This document shows, one piece after another, positions 62,095 through 64,000 of a stretch of 64,000 nt of DNA; position 1 is the stretch's first letter; each line of letters starts with the position of its first letter. The stretch is from the human T2T-CHM13v2.0 reference genome, Homo sapiens. Under the pieces are notes generated by a model. That model had not been told where the DNA came from, made no database searches, and worked only from the letters and a program-made list of their open reading frames with translations. The position numbers and the translations under genes were made by a program. The DNA lies in the NCBI RefSeq assembly GCF_009914755.1, contig NC_060947.1. The stretch is one strand, 5' to 3'.

Positions 62095-62340
62095 ATTAGC
62101 TACCATTAACTGAATAATAAGTGCTAGACATGTAGTAAGCCCTTTTCATGCATATTATCTCATTTAATCCTCATAACCACCCCATCATTCTCCCCTTTTT
62201 TGTAGGTTAGGAAACTGAGGCTCAGAAAAGTTAAGAAACTTATCCAGGTTCACATAGTTAGAAACTGGCAAAATCAGCAGTCAAGCCTAGGTCTGTTTTA
62301 ACTATAGAGCTTGAGCTAATAACCTCTAAGGTATACAGCC
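62095..62340 (-). mobile_element. MIR
   Basis: attatctcatttaatcctcataacc...ggaaactgaggctcagaaaagttaag. Confidence 0.8.
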
Positions 62341-62531
62341 TCATGGAGAACCATGCTTACGTCTCCATGTGTTTGAGAAACAAGAACATCTCCTTAAATA
62401 CCTTCTAATAATAAAGATGGTGGCATTCTCTACAATATCCATGGGAAGAGGTCTTTCTGTTAGCCTTCTATTGCTACAGCTTTTGTCCAATCAGACCCTT
62501 GTATACATATTGATCAAATAGAGAGACTTAC

Positions 62532-62585
62532 CGGGAAGCCTGGAGGGCCACTTATGCCTGGAAAACCCTTAGGCCCTGGTTCACC
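62532..62585 (-). CDS. COL4A6: COL4A6 exon 13 (54 nt)
   Basis: GEPGPKGFPGISGPPGFP|gtaagt. Confidence 0.95.
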
Positions 62586-63922
62586 CTGGAAAATCAGCCC
62601 AAGGTTAGTAAGTAGCATCAGGAAGCAGTGAACGCACAGTAGGATGGCTCTCCACATGTACTTGGACTGAGGAGTGGGGAACCAATGAAGTATCAAGATT
62701 AGGGTAGCAGAGAGTGGTGCAGATTCCCCAGGCTCCCTAACTAGCAGCTGTACCAGGATGTCTTAGTTCATGGAGCTCTTTGCTGTGGGAGAAGGATTAT
62801 GGACCATAACTGTCTAAAACAGAATGTCAAATACTGAGGCTAATTGGGAGACAGAAAGGATGATTGTCTGTTTTCTTTCTAGTGGAAGAAGCTGTTCAGT
62901 ACAATTTCCTATAGCAAATTAGAGGCAGCAGAGAAATCCATAGTTTTGGGAAAAGGGTAACAATTACAATTTGGATAGGGACACATAACCATCTGATCTG
63001 TCATTCCCTGATATGTGAATTTATCTATACGTGCCATGGAAAAGCTCCCTAAGTTTTGGGAATGATCAAGGAAGCAGACAATCTCTTTCATGTTGCCAGA
63101 CCATTCCCAAATCAACGACTACTTCCTGTAAACCTGGAGGGGCTTGGAGTTGTTACAGCTTCCACGAAGACAAATTTAAAGAAAGGAGACTAAACACATT
63201 TCCCTGCCTAGGCCCCTTGGCTATGGGAACTGAATCACAAAGCTTAAAGGAACCCTGGCAGGAAATGCAAGTTACTGAAAGATATCTGCACACCTTAACA
63301 GTACACGGCCATTCAATTACAACCATGTAGGTAGTATACAGTGACTCACATAAAAATACAGATCGTAAAATATTTCAGTCAAACAGGTCTATAGTGTAAG
63401 CCTTGGTAGTTCAGATCTGGTAAATTAGGGCATCTCTTGTCACCACTTGGTGACAGTATATCCTATTTTCAGGGTCAAGTTTTAAGAGCAAATAACTTCT
63501 TTAAAAAGATAATTCAAGAGCAACCATTCATACCCTATGTGTTCTGTCACAGTACTTTGGGGACACCATAAGTATTGAGAGGTTGGGAGTTAGGAGGAAA
63601 AACACAACTATTTAATGTTTATGTTATTCATCATATCAAAAATTGAATCTGCAACACTAAAACAGAGAAAATAGCGCTTAAATGAATATTCAGATGCCCA
63701 GGCACACTCAAACCTACACACCAAGAAACATACTCAGCCTTTTAAGAAAGCTTTTCATAAGGGGCAAAACAAAGAAGGCTTTTTACTCTCACTTCTAAAC
63801 AAAAATCCATTACCCAGAACCCTCTATTCTTCCAGTATTGTCTGGTTATTAGAGTTAAGTTCTTGTATTATAATTATAGGAAAAGTTTTATTAATTTTTT
63901 CCTATTCTTAAATGTTCACTAC

Positions 63923-64000
63923 CTTGGATCCTTTCTTCCCTTTGGGGAATCCCATGAATTCCAGCTCTCCAGTAGATGGTGGAGGTCCTGCTGGGCCAGG
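63923..64000 (-). CDS. COL4A6: COL4A6 exon 12 (partial, runs off the window)
   Basis: PGPAGPPPSTGELEFMGFPKGKKGSK|gtagtg. Confidence 0.92.

Overview
Human X-chromosome DNA (Xq22.3) containing the 3' ends of two convergent, well-known genes. On the + strand are the last four coding exons and 3' UTR of ATG4A (catalytic Asp-Pro-His exon, C-terminal FEIL LIR). On the - strand are 34 exons of COL4A6 (collagen alpha-6(IV); exons about 12-45). These splice by hand into one open frame of 4371 nt (1456 aa plus stop) ending in the 12-Cys NC1 domain. The two poly(A) signals are about 1 kb apart. The large ATG4A intron holds a rearranged near-full-length HERV-L provirus (MLT2A1 LTRs, tRNA-Leu PBS, gag/pro/pol/IN/dUTPase remnants) inserted into an AluJ. 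I see no wholly new biological system. The best leads are: (1) a 54-nt Cys-Cys-Cys cassette exon in COL4A6 intron 23 that would rebuild an alpha2(IV)-like disulfide loop; (2) a 252-bp copy of the provirus's own integrase pasted outside the provirus next to a (TA)n tract; (3) an in-frame 18-nt microexon candidate just upstream of the ATG4A catalytic Asp/His; (4) a strong cryptic donor that would truncate alpha6 before NC1; (5) asymmetric DUX4 motifs in the LTRs; (6) an interlocked double hairpin in intron 13. Exon numbers are counted back from a 45-exon model. Repeat subfamily names come from my memory of consensus sequences, and boundaries of old repeats are approximate.
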